A stretch of DNA of 64,000 bases from Euglena gracilis (taxonomy: Eukaryota): contig CP154954.1 of assembly GCA_039621445.1 (NCBI GenBank), positions 3,167,715 through 3,231,714 of the forward strand. The letters run 5' to 3'. The translations under genes were made by a program, and so were the position numbers. How positions within the stretch are numbered: the first letter of the stretch is position 1; every line of letters begins with the position of its first letter. Below the pieces are notes generated by a model. The model saw nothing but the letters and a program-made list of their open reading frames with translations, did no database searches and had not been told where the DNA came from. Positions 21,155 through 58,000 of the stretch are shown here, piece by piece.

Positions 21155-23268
21155 TTGCAAAAAATATGCAAAAAATGCCAAAAAAATTTTTGTCCTGGGG
21201 AAAATCGGGACGTCAAAAAAAATTTTTGTCTGTCAAAAAAAGAAAAAATGAAAAAAAAACACCAGAAAAGCACAAAAAAAAACCCCAAAAACTAATTTTA
21301 TTTATAAAAAAAAAAAAAAAAAAAAAAAAAATTGTGTTGTGTTTCCCCCTGGAGTGGCAGGCAAACCCGGGTGAAGGGCAGGGCAAGGGCAGGGGGGGCA
21401 GCGGTGACTCAAGATTTCCCCAAAATAGGCTTTTCTGTCATCTGGGCATCTCTACCTTTGGTGCCAGAAATGCTTTCGCCAAATACCCTATCCCTGAGGT
21501 AGTCGGCCTGACACAGACTCCCGATTCCAAGGTTGGGTTTTGGGTTTTGGGTCCCCCCACAAAATTTTGTTTTTTGGTACTCCCCCCAAAAACCCCAAGA
21601 ATTTGAATTTTTGGGACCCCCTGCTTGAAAATTTTCTTCTCATCAACACAGCCCTTTCTTTATGGCTTTTTTCAAGAAATTCTACAAAGCTGTGGACAGG
21701 TTCAATACCAGATTTGCCCTCAGCATGGAAAGGGCAAGTGTGTAAACGTTTGTTGTCCCACGAAGCCATTGTTGAGGGGATTGTCAACCGTGTCCCTTGT
21801 GACCACAGTGTCAAGGCCACCAATTTCGCAACCACCCTCCATGAGTTTGGGCCAAAAACGTGGCGCTGGAGGGGCGAAAAACGCTCATTTTGGGCTCAAA
21901 AACAGGCCAAAAAACATCGTTTCGGGCAAAATTCTTTTTCGATTTTCTTTCGACTTTTTTGACCCAAAACTGGCCGAAAATGGCTAAGTCAAAACAGGCC
22001 AAAACTGTACAAAATGGTCAAAATCGGCCGAAAAATGGCCGTAACTCGAGCTAGGCGGGGACTTGCGGGGAAATCAAAATGTCGTTAGATAGGGCATGTT
22101 AAGGGCTTCAATTTAGGTTTGTGGATGTTTCCTTTGGTTCCCCACCATTTTCGAGAAATTTCAGAAAAATTTGAAAAGTGTCGCCCAGCAAGCTTTGATT
22201 GAGGAGCTGCTTTTGAAATGCCATAAATGATGACCTTCGGAACAGAACTCATGGCAAGGCCAGTATTCTTCATGTGGTCGACCATTGTTTCCCGTGGTTT
22301 TCTCCCATCGTCAATGGAGACCCAAAACTTTGATATTTGGGTACCCCCCAAAAATTTTTGGGCCGATTTTGGGACCCCCACCCCAAAAATACAAAAACAA
22401 AACCCAACATTGCCGACTCTTTCCAAGGGCGAAATTTAAAGACCCTCAGTCTATATCAGCACATTGGGGGGGGGGGGGGGGGTTTATCAGGGCATCTGCA
22501 CAGCAACCTCAGGGCCTCGCGGAAGGCGGTGCCTGCCGAGGGTCACAGAGTGGTCGGATGACGCCGGTCCGGCTGTCCCCCGTCCACCAGCGGCGCAGTG
22601 CGCAACTAACGCTGGCCAGGCACGCCACCACGATTGCTGCCCAAAGCCCCGGTGCCAGCGTCAGTGGGCCGCCGTCACTGGCGGCGGTGGGGAGAGCGCT
22701 GTTGAAGGTGGGCAGCCCTGTGGGGGCATGAGAGGCTCAGGGTGGAGCAGCGGCGGGGGGCGCAACAGCAACACAGACCTCAAGAATCGCGACAGGGGAA
22801 AAGGGCAAGAAAAATGCAAAATAACAAAAAAAGATACAATAAATGTAGAAAATAATAAATAGAAAAGATTTGCAAAATTCGGAAAGCAAGCAAAAAAACA
22901 AACAAAACCACTTTTTGTGCCACCCCTTGCCGAGAGGCAGAGAGAGAAGCGGCAACGCCCCCCCCTCCCCCCACGAAGAGGGAAATCATTCGACCCGAGT
23001 AGAGCGACCCCAAGCACAAACAGGGAGCGTGCCATGGCAGCGTTGTGCGGGCACCGGCCGATCCACGCTACACACCGTCCATGCCGCGGTCCACGGGGGT
23101 CGGCCGCGGGTCGGTCTGCACCTCCCGGCCGGCGGCGGCTAAGCCAGACCGCGGTCCTACCGGGGCCACCCGCCGGTGGGCAGGCGGCCGTTGGAGGGCC
23201 GCCGACCCCGGCAGGGGGAGGAGGAGGAGGAGGAACACCGCCGCCAGCCGCCAGCCGGCAGCGGCCAT
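2421..23268 (-). CDS. mnmG: tRNA uridine-5-carboxymethylaminomethyl(34) synthesis enzyme GidA/MnmG, plastid-targeted, 26 exons, about 799 aa
   Basis: Hand-spliced exons (minus): 23268-23076, 22717-22547, 20118-19983, 19459-19331, 17135-17013, 16802-16769, 16300-16182, 14214-14161, 13851-13752, 12832-12757, 12491-12421, 12258-12188, 11934-11841, 11449-11402, 11324-11277, 10191-10060, 9721-9640, 9367-9315, 6340-6231, 5759-5700, 5417-5372, 5216-5151, 4535-4492, 3902-3763, 3159-3019, 2479-2421. GidA motifs appear in order: [16 protein letters not shown] (FAD binding), [120 protein letters not shown]. The IAWQPCNP signature is cyanobacterial/plastid-like. Confidence 0.95.
2875..2960. repeat. (AATTCCC/AATTCCT)n heptamer array
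   Basis: Direct inspection. Confidence 0.9.
6421..6775. mobile_element. hAT-like MITE with 7/8 TSD
   Basis: TAGGGTATTA...TAATACCCTG; flanks GGGGAGGG / GGGGTGGG; the same TIR occurs at 27066-27324. Confidence 0.7.
9368..9639 (-). other. Nonconventional intron in mnmG with a 7/8 flanking direct repeat
   Basis: gccCAGGGGATTTAGTG...CACTCAATACCCTGtggcc; flanks GGGCCGCC / TGGCCGCC. Confidence 0.85.
10452..11149. mobile_element. hAT-like MITE
   Basis: CAG(G)n..TGCGCTG / CAGCGCA..(C)nTG; flanks (C)CCCTGTG / CCCTGTG; aaaaatgcgc subterminal repeats. Confidence 0.7.
11325..11401 (-). other. Nonconventional intron (77 nt) in mnmG
   Basis: 5' gccCAGGGTTTG ... CAAACCCTGcccgg 3'; 9-bp perfect stem, CAG at +4..6 and CTG at -8..-6; restores YVQ|GCSTGLP. 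Confidence 0.9.
12492..12756 (-). other. Nonconventional intron in mnmG flanked by a perfect 8-bp direct repeat GATGGAGC
   Basis: Stem CCAAACATTCACTTA / TAAGTGAATCTGTGG; restores VMEPMPGD. Confidence 0.85.
14301..16072. mobile_element. Non-autonomous TIR element (hAT-like) with subterminal ~31-bp tandem repeats
   Basis: TIR CAGACATTCATTTAGTGTGGTTCAC / GTGTACCACACTAAATGAATGTCTG (24/25); flanks ct(c)n on both sides (8-9 bp TSD, ambiguous in the homopolymer); gtgaaccacaaaaaattttggtgtccaca repeats near both ends. Confidence 0.85.
15309..15818. mobile_element. hAT-like MITE with perfect 8-bp TSD CCCACCAC
   Basis: 16-bp TIR CAGGGAATTTCTTAAG / CTTAAGAAATTCCCTG; an empty homologous site exists at ~22140. 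Confidence 0.92.
16803..17012 (-). other. Nonconventional intron in mnmG
   Basis: ggcCAGGC...GCCTGaggtc; restores [12 protein letters not shown]. Confidence 0.85.
19493..19652. repeat. Compound microsatellite (CA)n(CT)n(CGCT)n
   Basis: Direct inspection. Confidence 0.95.
19983..23268 (-). other. Exons 1-3 encoding a Euglena class I plastid-targeting presequence (signal peptide, transit peptide, second hydrophobic stop-transfer segment)
   Basis: [24 protein letters not shown] (hydrophobic signal), then an R/P/A-rich transit region, [22 protein letters not shown] (second hydrophobic segment followed by basic residues), then [17 protein letters not shown]. Exons 1-2 and 2-3 join in frame through GT-AG introns. 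Confidence 0.75.
21877..22165 (+). repeat. Dispersed repeat homologous to ~15016-15840 but lacking the MITE insertion
   Basis: Collinear matches: acgctcattt..ggctcaaaa, gctaagtcaaaac, actgtacaaaatgg, gcggggaaatcaaaatg, aagggcttcaatt, ccccacca.tttcga. Confidence 0.85.
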
Positions 23269-23283
23269 AGGGGTGGTGGGGCA

Positions 23284-23310
23284 CTGGGGAGGTTGGGAGT
23301 TCGGGGGAGG
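23284..23310 (-). promoter_or_regulatory. Candidate spliced-leader trans-splice acceptor of mnmG
   Basis: Minus strand ...ctcccaacctccccAG, 15 nt upstream of the ATG at 23268. SL trans-splicing is established in euglenids; the site assignment is inferred. Confidence 0.45.
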
Positions 23311-25290
23311 GGGGGGGGTTCCAGGGCTGGAAAAAGGCTGCTGGCTGGCTGGACCCCCCCCTGGGGGGGCCAAATTTTCTTAAGCAACGCCCTGGAAGGG
23401 GGGCTTTTGAACCACCACCCCTAAAAACCTGTCCTTGAAGGGGTTTCAAACGCCTGACCACATTGGCAGCCCCCCTCAAGGTGTGACTGTCCTAAAAAAG
23501 AAACCTGACCGTGGCAGGGGTTTGGAAAGCTACAACAAAGTGGGGCACTCGATGCCTGGCTGAAAAAATACTGTTTGTTGGGGACTCAAAAAACCCCACT
23601 TGTTTCACCCGTTGCTCCACGAGGCCGCACATGCTTCAGAGACCACCTCAGACCAACATAACCCCAAATGGCGGTCCCGTCGGCAGGGACAGCTGGACAG
23701 GGGGCGGGACGGACAAACAGGAGAGATATCGATTAGCTAAGAGATTAGATCGAGAGATAGAGTAGATATCGATATATAGATAGCTAAGAGCGAGAGAGAG
23801 ATCGAGAGGATTATATATAATAGATATATAGATATATATATATAATCTATATATAATATAGTATATATATATATATTATATTATTTATATCTAATATATA
23901 TATCATATATTATCTATATATATATATATCTCTATATATATATATACCTATCTATATATCTATATCTATCTATTATATCTATAATTTCTATATATATATT
24001 ATATTATATATATATATAATATTTATATAAATATATAATTTTTTTCTTTCCTTCTGGAGGGCAGAGGGGATGTTATTTCAGCGATGATCTTCCGAACGCG
24101 AAAACCACGACACCTGGCATCCATAGAACAAAAAGATATGGTTTGCAACATCTTGGATTTCGACTGGGGTTGGGTTCCAGTTCCCCCCTTCTGGGCCAAT
24201 TGCCCGGAAGGGGTCACCAAGGAGTCCTTAAGAAAAGAAAAGAGAAGAACTGCCCCTGAGGACTGCCCTGGTTGTGGGAGAGGGATGCCCCGGCAACAAA
24301 AAGTCAATGCCCAACTAAGTGCATCAAATGATGAGAATTTGAACGTCTGAACTCAGCCACTAATCCACCCTTCAAAAGAGGGGGGGGATAGGCATGTCGG
24401 AAATAAAGTTTCAAATCTCCAATACAGGCTTCGGGGTTGCACCTGCCAGTTAAAAACACAGCCCATGCGCGTGGTAAAGGTTCAACGGAACTGAGATCAA
24501 TGGCATAACCTCACCCGCCTCTTTTATTTTTCCCTGAGAAGATGAAACCCCCCTCCTTTCCTCCTTGGACCCCACTCGTGCTCCGCACTGTCACAGCCAG
24601 CAAGAGGGGAATCATGTAACCCCCACCCCCAAATACAATGCCAGGTTATTGAAACTAACTTTTGGCCCTGCCCCCCCCCCCCCCGCAATGTTATTTGGCC
24701 CCTTTTTCAGCGACATGAAGGAATTTTGCCTGAAAAGGGGGGTGCCAAGTTACTGGAATCATTTTTTTTTGCCCCTCCCCCTGCCAAGTAATTCGGCCCC
24801 TGCCAGGAGCAAGGACCCCGCCAGGTTATTTGGGGGGTTTAATTGGGAACATTGTCTTATATCACATGTATGAACGTAATGTTAGATTTGGCGGTTAGAG
24901 GCTAATTGCTGCATCCAGAAACGCACACACACACGCGCGCACACTCGCACGCACGCACACGCGCGCGGACACACATCCACACACACAGATGCACATGCAC
25001 ACACGAACGTGTATTACATGCGAAGCATATGCTGTGCGAAATGGGCCCAAAAATGTACCAGTGACCCTAAATTGCATAAAGCCATCCTGAAAAAGCGTCA
25101 TGGTACAAATCAGTAAGACTGGGGCGTCTCCCGCAGGCGATGCCAAACGTCCAAAAGACGCCGTGACAGGTGTCTTGAAAATGCTGTTAAAATCGCAGGA
25201 AAAGGTGAGGAGGCAAACACACACAGGAATGCATATGTGTTGTGGTGGGTGGAAGGCGGGGCAAAATGTTGAGTTCGATGGGGGGACAGC

Positions 25291-50898
<25,608 letters not shown>

Positions 50899-51924
50899 CT
50901 GGAAGCAAAGGGGGAGACACACCAATCACAAGGCGGGGGAGAATGCAGTAATATGTTTTCCAAACTATGCGGTGGTTATATTCCATTTATTAATGCGGAA
51001 TTATGCGAAAAAATGCTGACTTGATGCCTATGAAATTGGCCATAAATACTTGACTAAAATGCCCAAAGCAGCCCACTGGTCTTGAATATGTCAGAAATAG
51101 CCCGATTGATCCAACGCGAATGAACTTAGTCCAAATTTGACAAAATAACCCCAAAAAGGCTGCATTTCCTAGTAGTATGGGGGTCTCAGATGCAATATAG
51201 GAGCAGCCCTGACGATACAAGGCATCAAAGAAATGGCACACAAAAAGCGATAAAAAAGTGCTGAAACTCTGAAAAACAGTTGCCAAACTAGCCAAATTAT
51301 CAAAATTGTCCAAAATTATGTATATGGCCAAAACTATACAAAAACGGGTGGCATCGTTTAAGATTGCACCAAACAGCCAAAAGTGGACTAAAGTGTCAAG
51401 GGGCTGAAACTAGCCAAAAAAAAAAAAGAAACAGCCAAGAATCCCATCTATTACCAATTAGTTGCTCACCTGCCAAACCACTTTTGGGCCATTTTTGGCC
51501 ACTATTGGCCATTTTAATGCCACTTTTGGCCATTTTCAGCCAACTTTTCAAAGAGTTTTGGCCAGTTGGCGCAATCCTGAAAAATCTCAAGTTGCTTTTT
51601 GAAATTACACCAATTTTAGCCATTTTGTGAAATTTGCAACTTTGTGGGGGTTATCAACCTTCCTTTTCGTGCCATTTTTGGCATTATCAGCCATTTTTTT
51701 GCGGCTGCTATCATTTTGGGCATTTTTGTAACTTTTTCCTGTTAAAAAAATTAAAACAAAATTATTGTTTCTGCTTACAGTTCATTCCAGTACTGAAGCC
51801 AACAAAAAAATATCGCATATGACAGGGGCATAATTTGAACTCTGACCTTTCTTTCTTTCATTATCAAAAACAACACACACATACACCAATCATACTTTCT
51901 TTGGATTTCTGCTGAAAATTGGCA

Positions 51925-51958
<34 letters not shown>

Positions 51959-52089
51959 GGGGGGGGGGGGGGTCAGGTGACTTAAAAAGAAGCCTGCCAG
52001 GGATCTTGCTTTGGAGGGAATGGTGATCTCCCTGGCTTTTTGAGAACACATGCCTCCCTTCCAGGATCATGAAATGTTGGTGAAAACAC

Positions 52090-55000
52090 CCCAGCCCTGC
52101 CAAATGATAAACGTCTGCTGGAGGACGCCCAAAGTATCACCCCCTCCCACACCACAGCGAACCAAAGAACACCAAGAAGAGATCACCAAAACAGGTGATA
52201 TATTATATGTTATACAGGGTCATGCGAGATTGTGGGAGATAACGCAGTCAGAATCTTGCCCTCTGTGTAACCCTCAATCATAATTGTTTAAAAAAAAGAA
52301 AAGATCCAGAAATATTTCTCAGACACCTGTGCCAAATGCCTTTCTAAATGTTTTTCTTGTTGCATTCCCCCTCCCTAAATAAAAAAATTGCACAGGATTA
52401 TTTGGATCGCTGTTTTCTTCCCCCCTGCCTCTTGCAGCAGTTCCTTGTTGGACAAGTCATACCTGCCGTGAGAGGCAAGCTTCGAATACCGCTTGAATGG
52501 TGTCGTGGACCCAGCCATCGTGGGGGAGGAGGACCTCGCACTCCATCCGGGGCAGGGGTCTTGTGGATGAGGGGTGAAAACAGCGGATGAAACTGAGATG
52601 GGCGGAAAATCTCATATCCTCAAAGTGAGTTGTTCTGGATCAAAAATTGACAATTGTTATCAAAATAACTCGAGTTTGTTGTCCTGTGCACCGTTTTGGC
52701 CACCCACACGCCTGGCCCTTCCAACGTCCTGGTATTTTGCAACGAACCTTCCTTCGCACAGGGGGGCCATCCCATCCAGGAAGACCCACTCCCATCATTT
52801 AGTATCCTAGCCCTGTCTGTTTCAAATTTGTTTCACCTGTCTGTATAAAAAATATTGACCCCTCCTGCAAAAAAAAGATTGATTCCATACCCCACGCCAC
52901 TTTGCATTTTGTTTTATCTTCAGAAGTCAGGAGAAATACACAGGACAATCAAACTGGAGAAAAAATTGCCTCTTCTTTTTCGCAAAAAAAAAAATGGTTT
53001 TGAAACAAAATGAACACTAGGGAAGATTATGTTTTGGGGCTCTGCTTACACAGAAATAATTCAATCAATACCAAGAAATATTTTTGCAGAATTTTTTGGC
53101 TGGCTGGAGAAAATAAAAAAAACCGAAAAACTGAAAAAAAGCTTTAAAAATTGGACCCACCTTCACAAAAATGTCCAATCAGGGGGAGAAACAGCGTTTG
53201 GGTTAGTGTTTGGGTTAGGGTTAAAATCCAGAATGGGGTTTAAGGGTTGGGATTAGGGTTTTCGTTCAGGGGATGGCTTTGAAAATGAAAAATGGTGGCC
53301 AACCACGCAAATTCACCGGAGACCCAACACTGAAGCCCATAAAAAGCCTTATTCAATGGCATTTTTGATTCCCCCGCCAGACCACGAGACAGCAGCTGTT
53401 TGATGTATGCGGTTGCCGGTTGCCAGGTCAACCCTGCCAGGCGGCGGGCCACCGGCTGGGTAGCTGGGCAGCTGGCAGCCACATGCTTCAAACAGCTGCT
53501 GTTTTGTGGGACCATCAGACACGTGAAGAGCTCAGCACTACACGACACCTGGTGCAATGTATGCATCTATCTTCAGCGCAGTCGTGCAGTTGCGGGGAAA
53601 CCAAAATACCGTTAGATGGTGCGTTCCAAGGGCTTTGTTTTATGACACCAGACATTTCCTTTGATTTTGCTTCATCTCCAAGATATTTTGAAGGCATCAA
53701 TTTTTTTTACCACTTACAAGCTCGGGCTACACAAGGAGTTGGGAAAAAGTATGGTTGGATATTTAGATAAAGGCGCATTCCAAGGGCTTCAATTTTGGTC
53801 AGACAGTTTTCTTTTGCTCCATAGCACTGAGCTCCGCTGAGGGCTGGAACCAAATTCTACATGATTTGTACAACTCTGCAACTGATGTGGAAAGGGAAAA
53901 AACCAATTTCACATTACTAAGACAAAAATGCACCTGTAATGCGCAGTCAAAACTTAACACCAAAAAACTGCAAAATTCCTGTTCAATTTAATTTAACACC
54001 AAAAACAGCAAGACCCAGTATGTATGTATGTATGTATGTATGTATGTATGTATGTATGTATGTATGTATGTATGTATGGTATGTATGTATGTATGTATGT
54101 ATGTATGTATGTATGTATGTATGTATGTATGTATGTATGTATGTATGTATGTATGTATGTATGTACGTATGTATGTGTCCTGGAAGTTAAAACCCAGGTT
54201 TTTGAACCTTTTTAAATGGTGCACAAGCCGAAAATTGGGCCTGTTCCCTGGGTCCCAACATCGGCAAATGATGCAAATGCCACCGTGGAGGGTTCCAAAG
54301 GAAACCAGAGCAGAGGGTCAAAAAGTTGGGTTTCACCGCCAGGTTGCAAAAATATTGCAACATTGCGCTTAGGCGCAATGCAAAAATCAAAACCTTAAAT
54401 GTGAGTTAGGCCGCTGAGATCATTTCCATAACACACAAACGAACTCTTGAAAACCCCGGGTGACACCAGAGAAAGGACATCCGGTCCCCTTTTTCTTCTC
54501 CTGTCCCTCTGACGCCTTGGAAATGCACCCCCCAAAAGGATGGCAGGAATTAGGCCTATCAATCCTAACCTTAACCACTTCTTCACTAACGTTGAATATG
54601 TCCACGTCGATAACCTCCACTATCTAGGGTAGGGTATCTAGGGCATCTAGGATAGGGTATCCAAAGGTACACTTGCCATATTAAAGCACATTTACATATA
54701 TCTGTATATGTTAGACAGGAAACCCATTCCCATTGAAGAAATTTAACCACAGATGTAGGCCTTCATAAAATATTAGCACTGAACTGAGTTTTTCCCCCTA
54801 GAAGGGTTTCTCCGGACAGTGTTGGAGAAAGCCATGCGGCTGACCTGCTTGGATCACGTGGGCAGCGGAAGTTATTTCAATAACAGATCCCAGTTTTAAT
54901 TCTTCTGGCAGATCATGTGGTTTTTGTAATTGAAAATAGAGTTCTAGAGTGTCAATAAACAGCCCACATCAATTGGATTTCGGTTCGAGGGGGTGCTTGG

Positions 55001-58000
55001 CACTTTGACGAAGACCTGGGACCACAGATCGCTGGAAAAGGGTGCCATCATGCATGCAATGACACAACATGACAAACAATGAGCAACCACTGTGCGAGCA
55101 ATACACAACGCTTTGCTAAACAGCGCGGCGTGCAGAAACGTTCCACAGGCCACCACTGGAGGTGCAGGTGATGCAAGAAAACAATCCATCAAAAAAAAAA
55201 CAGGAAAATATTTTCGTAAAACAAAATAAATCAAAGCAAATTCAATTTAATAATCAGCAGGCTAAATAGCGAAACCACGTTTTTAATCGTCCTGGGTTCT
55301 TGTGATCGCCAAAAAGGCAAAAAGGAAGTTTAAAAACATCCAAAAACTTAAAAAAAAAGCATAAAATTGAAATTTGGCATGTTTCAATTTCAATCATCGG
55401 GTGCTTGCTACACCCTGGAGAAAGCCAGCAACCCCAAACCGCAGCACCCGCGCCACGACACCAAATACCTGTCAGGAGGCCAGCGGCCCCCACCAGGTGG
55501 GTCCAGCGGTGGTACCGGATTGCTGGCCGGTGCATGACACCCAGCACAGCACGTCGAACAGGGATCGTCCGGCGAGACGACCTGGCCTTGGGGCAAGGCG
55601 GGGGTCAGGGCGGTCGGCAGCAAGGGCTCAGCCCTCCGTTGGAGGCGCTTGAGTGGCCCATGAGGAAAAGTGGGGGGGGGGGGGCTGTGACTTCAAAAAA
55701 CTCGGTATGCGAAAATGCAAAAAAAATGCAAATAATGCAAATAATGCAAAAAAATGCACAAAAGATGCAAAAAAGTGTATAAAAATCCCAAAAAAAATGC
55801 AGCGCAGCCAGCTTCAAAAAATTTTTGCGGTGGTTCTGGTGCAGAAACAGCACGTTTTTTTTGTGTGCTTCTCTCGCCTTTTTTTTGTTGTGTGTTTGGT
55901 GTGAGGTATTTCCCCAGCAAACTTGTAATTGGCTCCATATTTTGTCATATCTTCAGGTGGGGGGAGGCAGGCAACAGCATTTTGGGGATTGGATAAAGCA
56001 ACTCCCGTTCCAAAAACCCCGCCCCGCACATCCCCCCTCCCTGTACCACTTCCACACCGCCAATGGGAGAACGCGAGGCAACTCACGCGGTGGGCCGGGA
56101 AGGGGCGGGTCCGGGCCGGGGGCCGCGGGGCAGCTGGGGTCGTGGAGAGGGCTGGCGGCCCCCCAGGCCGAGCCGCCAGCCTCGGTGGGCGTTATTGGCC
56201 AGGCTCTCCGCGCTGCGGCCGGTGATCCAGTGGTCAATTGGACGATGAAACTACTGGGCTAAACTGAACAAGAACAAATACAATACAAACATGAAACATA
56301 ATACATAATATAATAATATAATATAATTAATTATTAATAATTAATTATAATAACTGCTAATAATTAATTATAATAATTAATTATTAATTAATCAATAATT
56401 GTTTATTAATAATATAATAAACACACAGAAAATAAAATTAATAAAATAAAATTAATAGAAAAAATAAAAAAAACAGAAAAAATAATATCCATATCAGAAA
56501 CACCTTTGGAAATGCTGGGCTTAAAAAAAAAGAAAATACTTGACTTCTTCGCTGGGCCGTTGGTAGGATAATCCCGCCAATGTTGTGTTCGCTTGGGCCG
56601 TTTGTACAACTGCACAAACGGCATGTTTTCTGGCATTTCTTTGAATTCACCAAGCAGGCACCGAAACCTAGTGTCACTTCATTAGGGTGTCATAGGTGTC
56701 CCAGGGACGTTGACAAGTTGGGTGCAGCAGAGCAGAAGTCCCCCAGAGCATTTGAGGCACATGCTGGGGCCTAAGGTCTGCCTCATCAACAAGTCGTCCT
56801 GAGACGGAGCCCTACACCATGCAACCAAAATGAAGAATGTGGGGTTTTTTCAAAAAAAATCATCATCTATTTCAGCAAATTAAGGTCTTTTCGTAATAAA
56901 AATAGCTAAGATATTAATGCCGTCCCACTCAGAAGTCATTGCTCAGCCTCCTGCTTGACAGGGAATCCATTCATGAAAAAACATTCCAGAGGTACCTTCT
57001 CCCTGTTTGTTTACGACCACTGACCTGCAACCGAGGGACAACAGGCACACAATGAAGAGAAATTTTTGATAACCTGACCGGTCAATGACCAGGGGGTCGC
57101 CCCAATGCATCCTGCGTTCTGCGGGGGTTACCATTGGACATGGGGTGGTCGTATGACAGTGGGTACAATGGGGAACGTGTCATGCAGAAAATACATTCAA
57201 CAAAGCATACACTTTCGGAATGAACCAGAATTACAAGAAATGTTTGATGACTGTTGATGAAAACAGAAAATGCTCTTTTGGAAATGGGGGTAACCATTTT
57301 TTCAAAACGTTTTTGGATCCTTGAGAGGCAAATACTTTTTTTATAAAAAAAAGCCCTTCCAAAGCCATGAATTTGACTTTCACAAAAGTTCCAGGGCTTC
57401 AAGTAAATCGTTCAGCAACCCTGCAACGTGGGCTTCCACGGCGAAATCACCTGCTGGCCCTGGTCTGGTGGTCATGCCATTTCTTTCCCAGTGGTTGGGG
57501 ATTTCTTTTGAAGAAATGGACGAGAACCAGCGGAAGGCCTGGGAATGGACCACGTGAGTGATGAATGCGGAGAGACTTTTGGGTGAAAACGCAGTCACCT
57601 TTCTTAAAAACTTGTCTGTGAGAGGGAGGCCTTTGAGAATGCGCCTGTGGCCAAACTTTGGCGCTCGAAATGGCGCCAGAATGACAAGAAAAAAAATTTG
57701 GGGCTCCCACACATCGCTGCGCAAGCCAACCCAAAGAGGGTGACAATGGTGGCGGAGTGGGGAAATACATACCCTCACAGATAATCCAGATCATGGTCAT
57801 TTTTTTTGCATCCAACGAGGCCCAAAAGTCTCTGGCGTCGAGCCGAACCAGGCAGGCCTGCCTCCCCTTCAGCCAGTATTGGCTATGCCTGCATGGCAGT
57901 CTATCGTTTCCAGATGCCTTGCGATCAGCACCAAGCAGGGGTTCTCTTAAGGATTCCTCGGAGGGGGGGTGTCCCGCAGGCCAGCCGGAAAAAAATAGCT

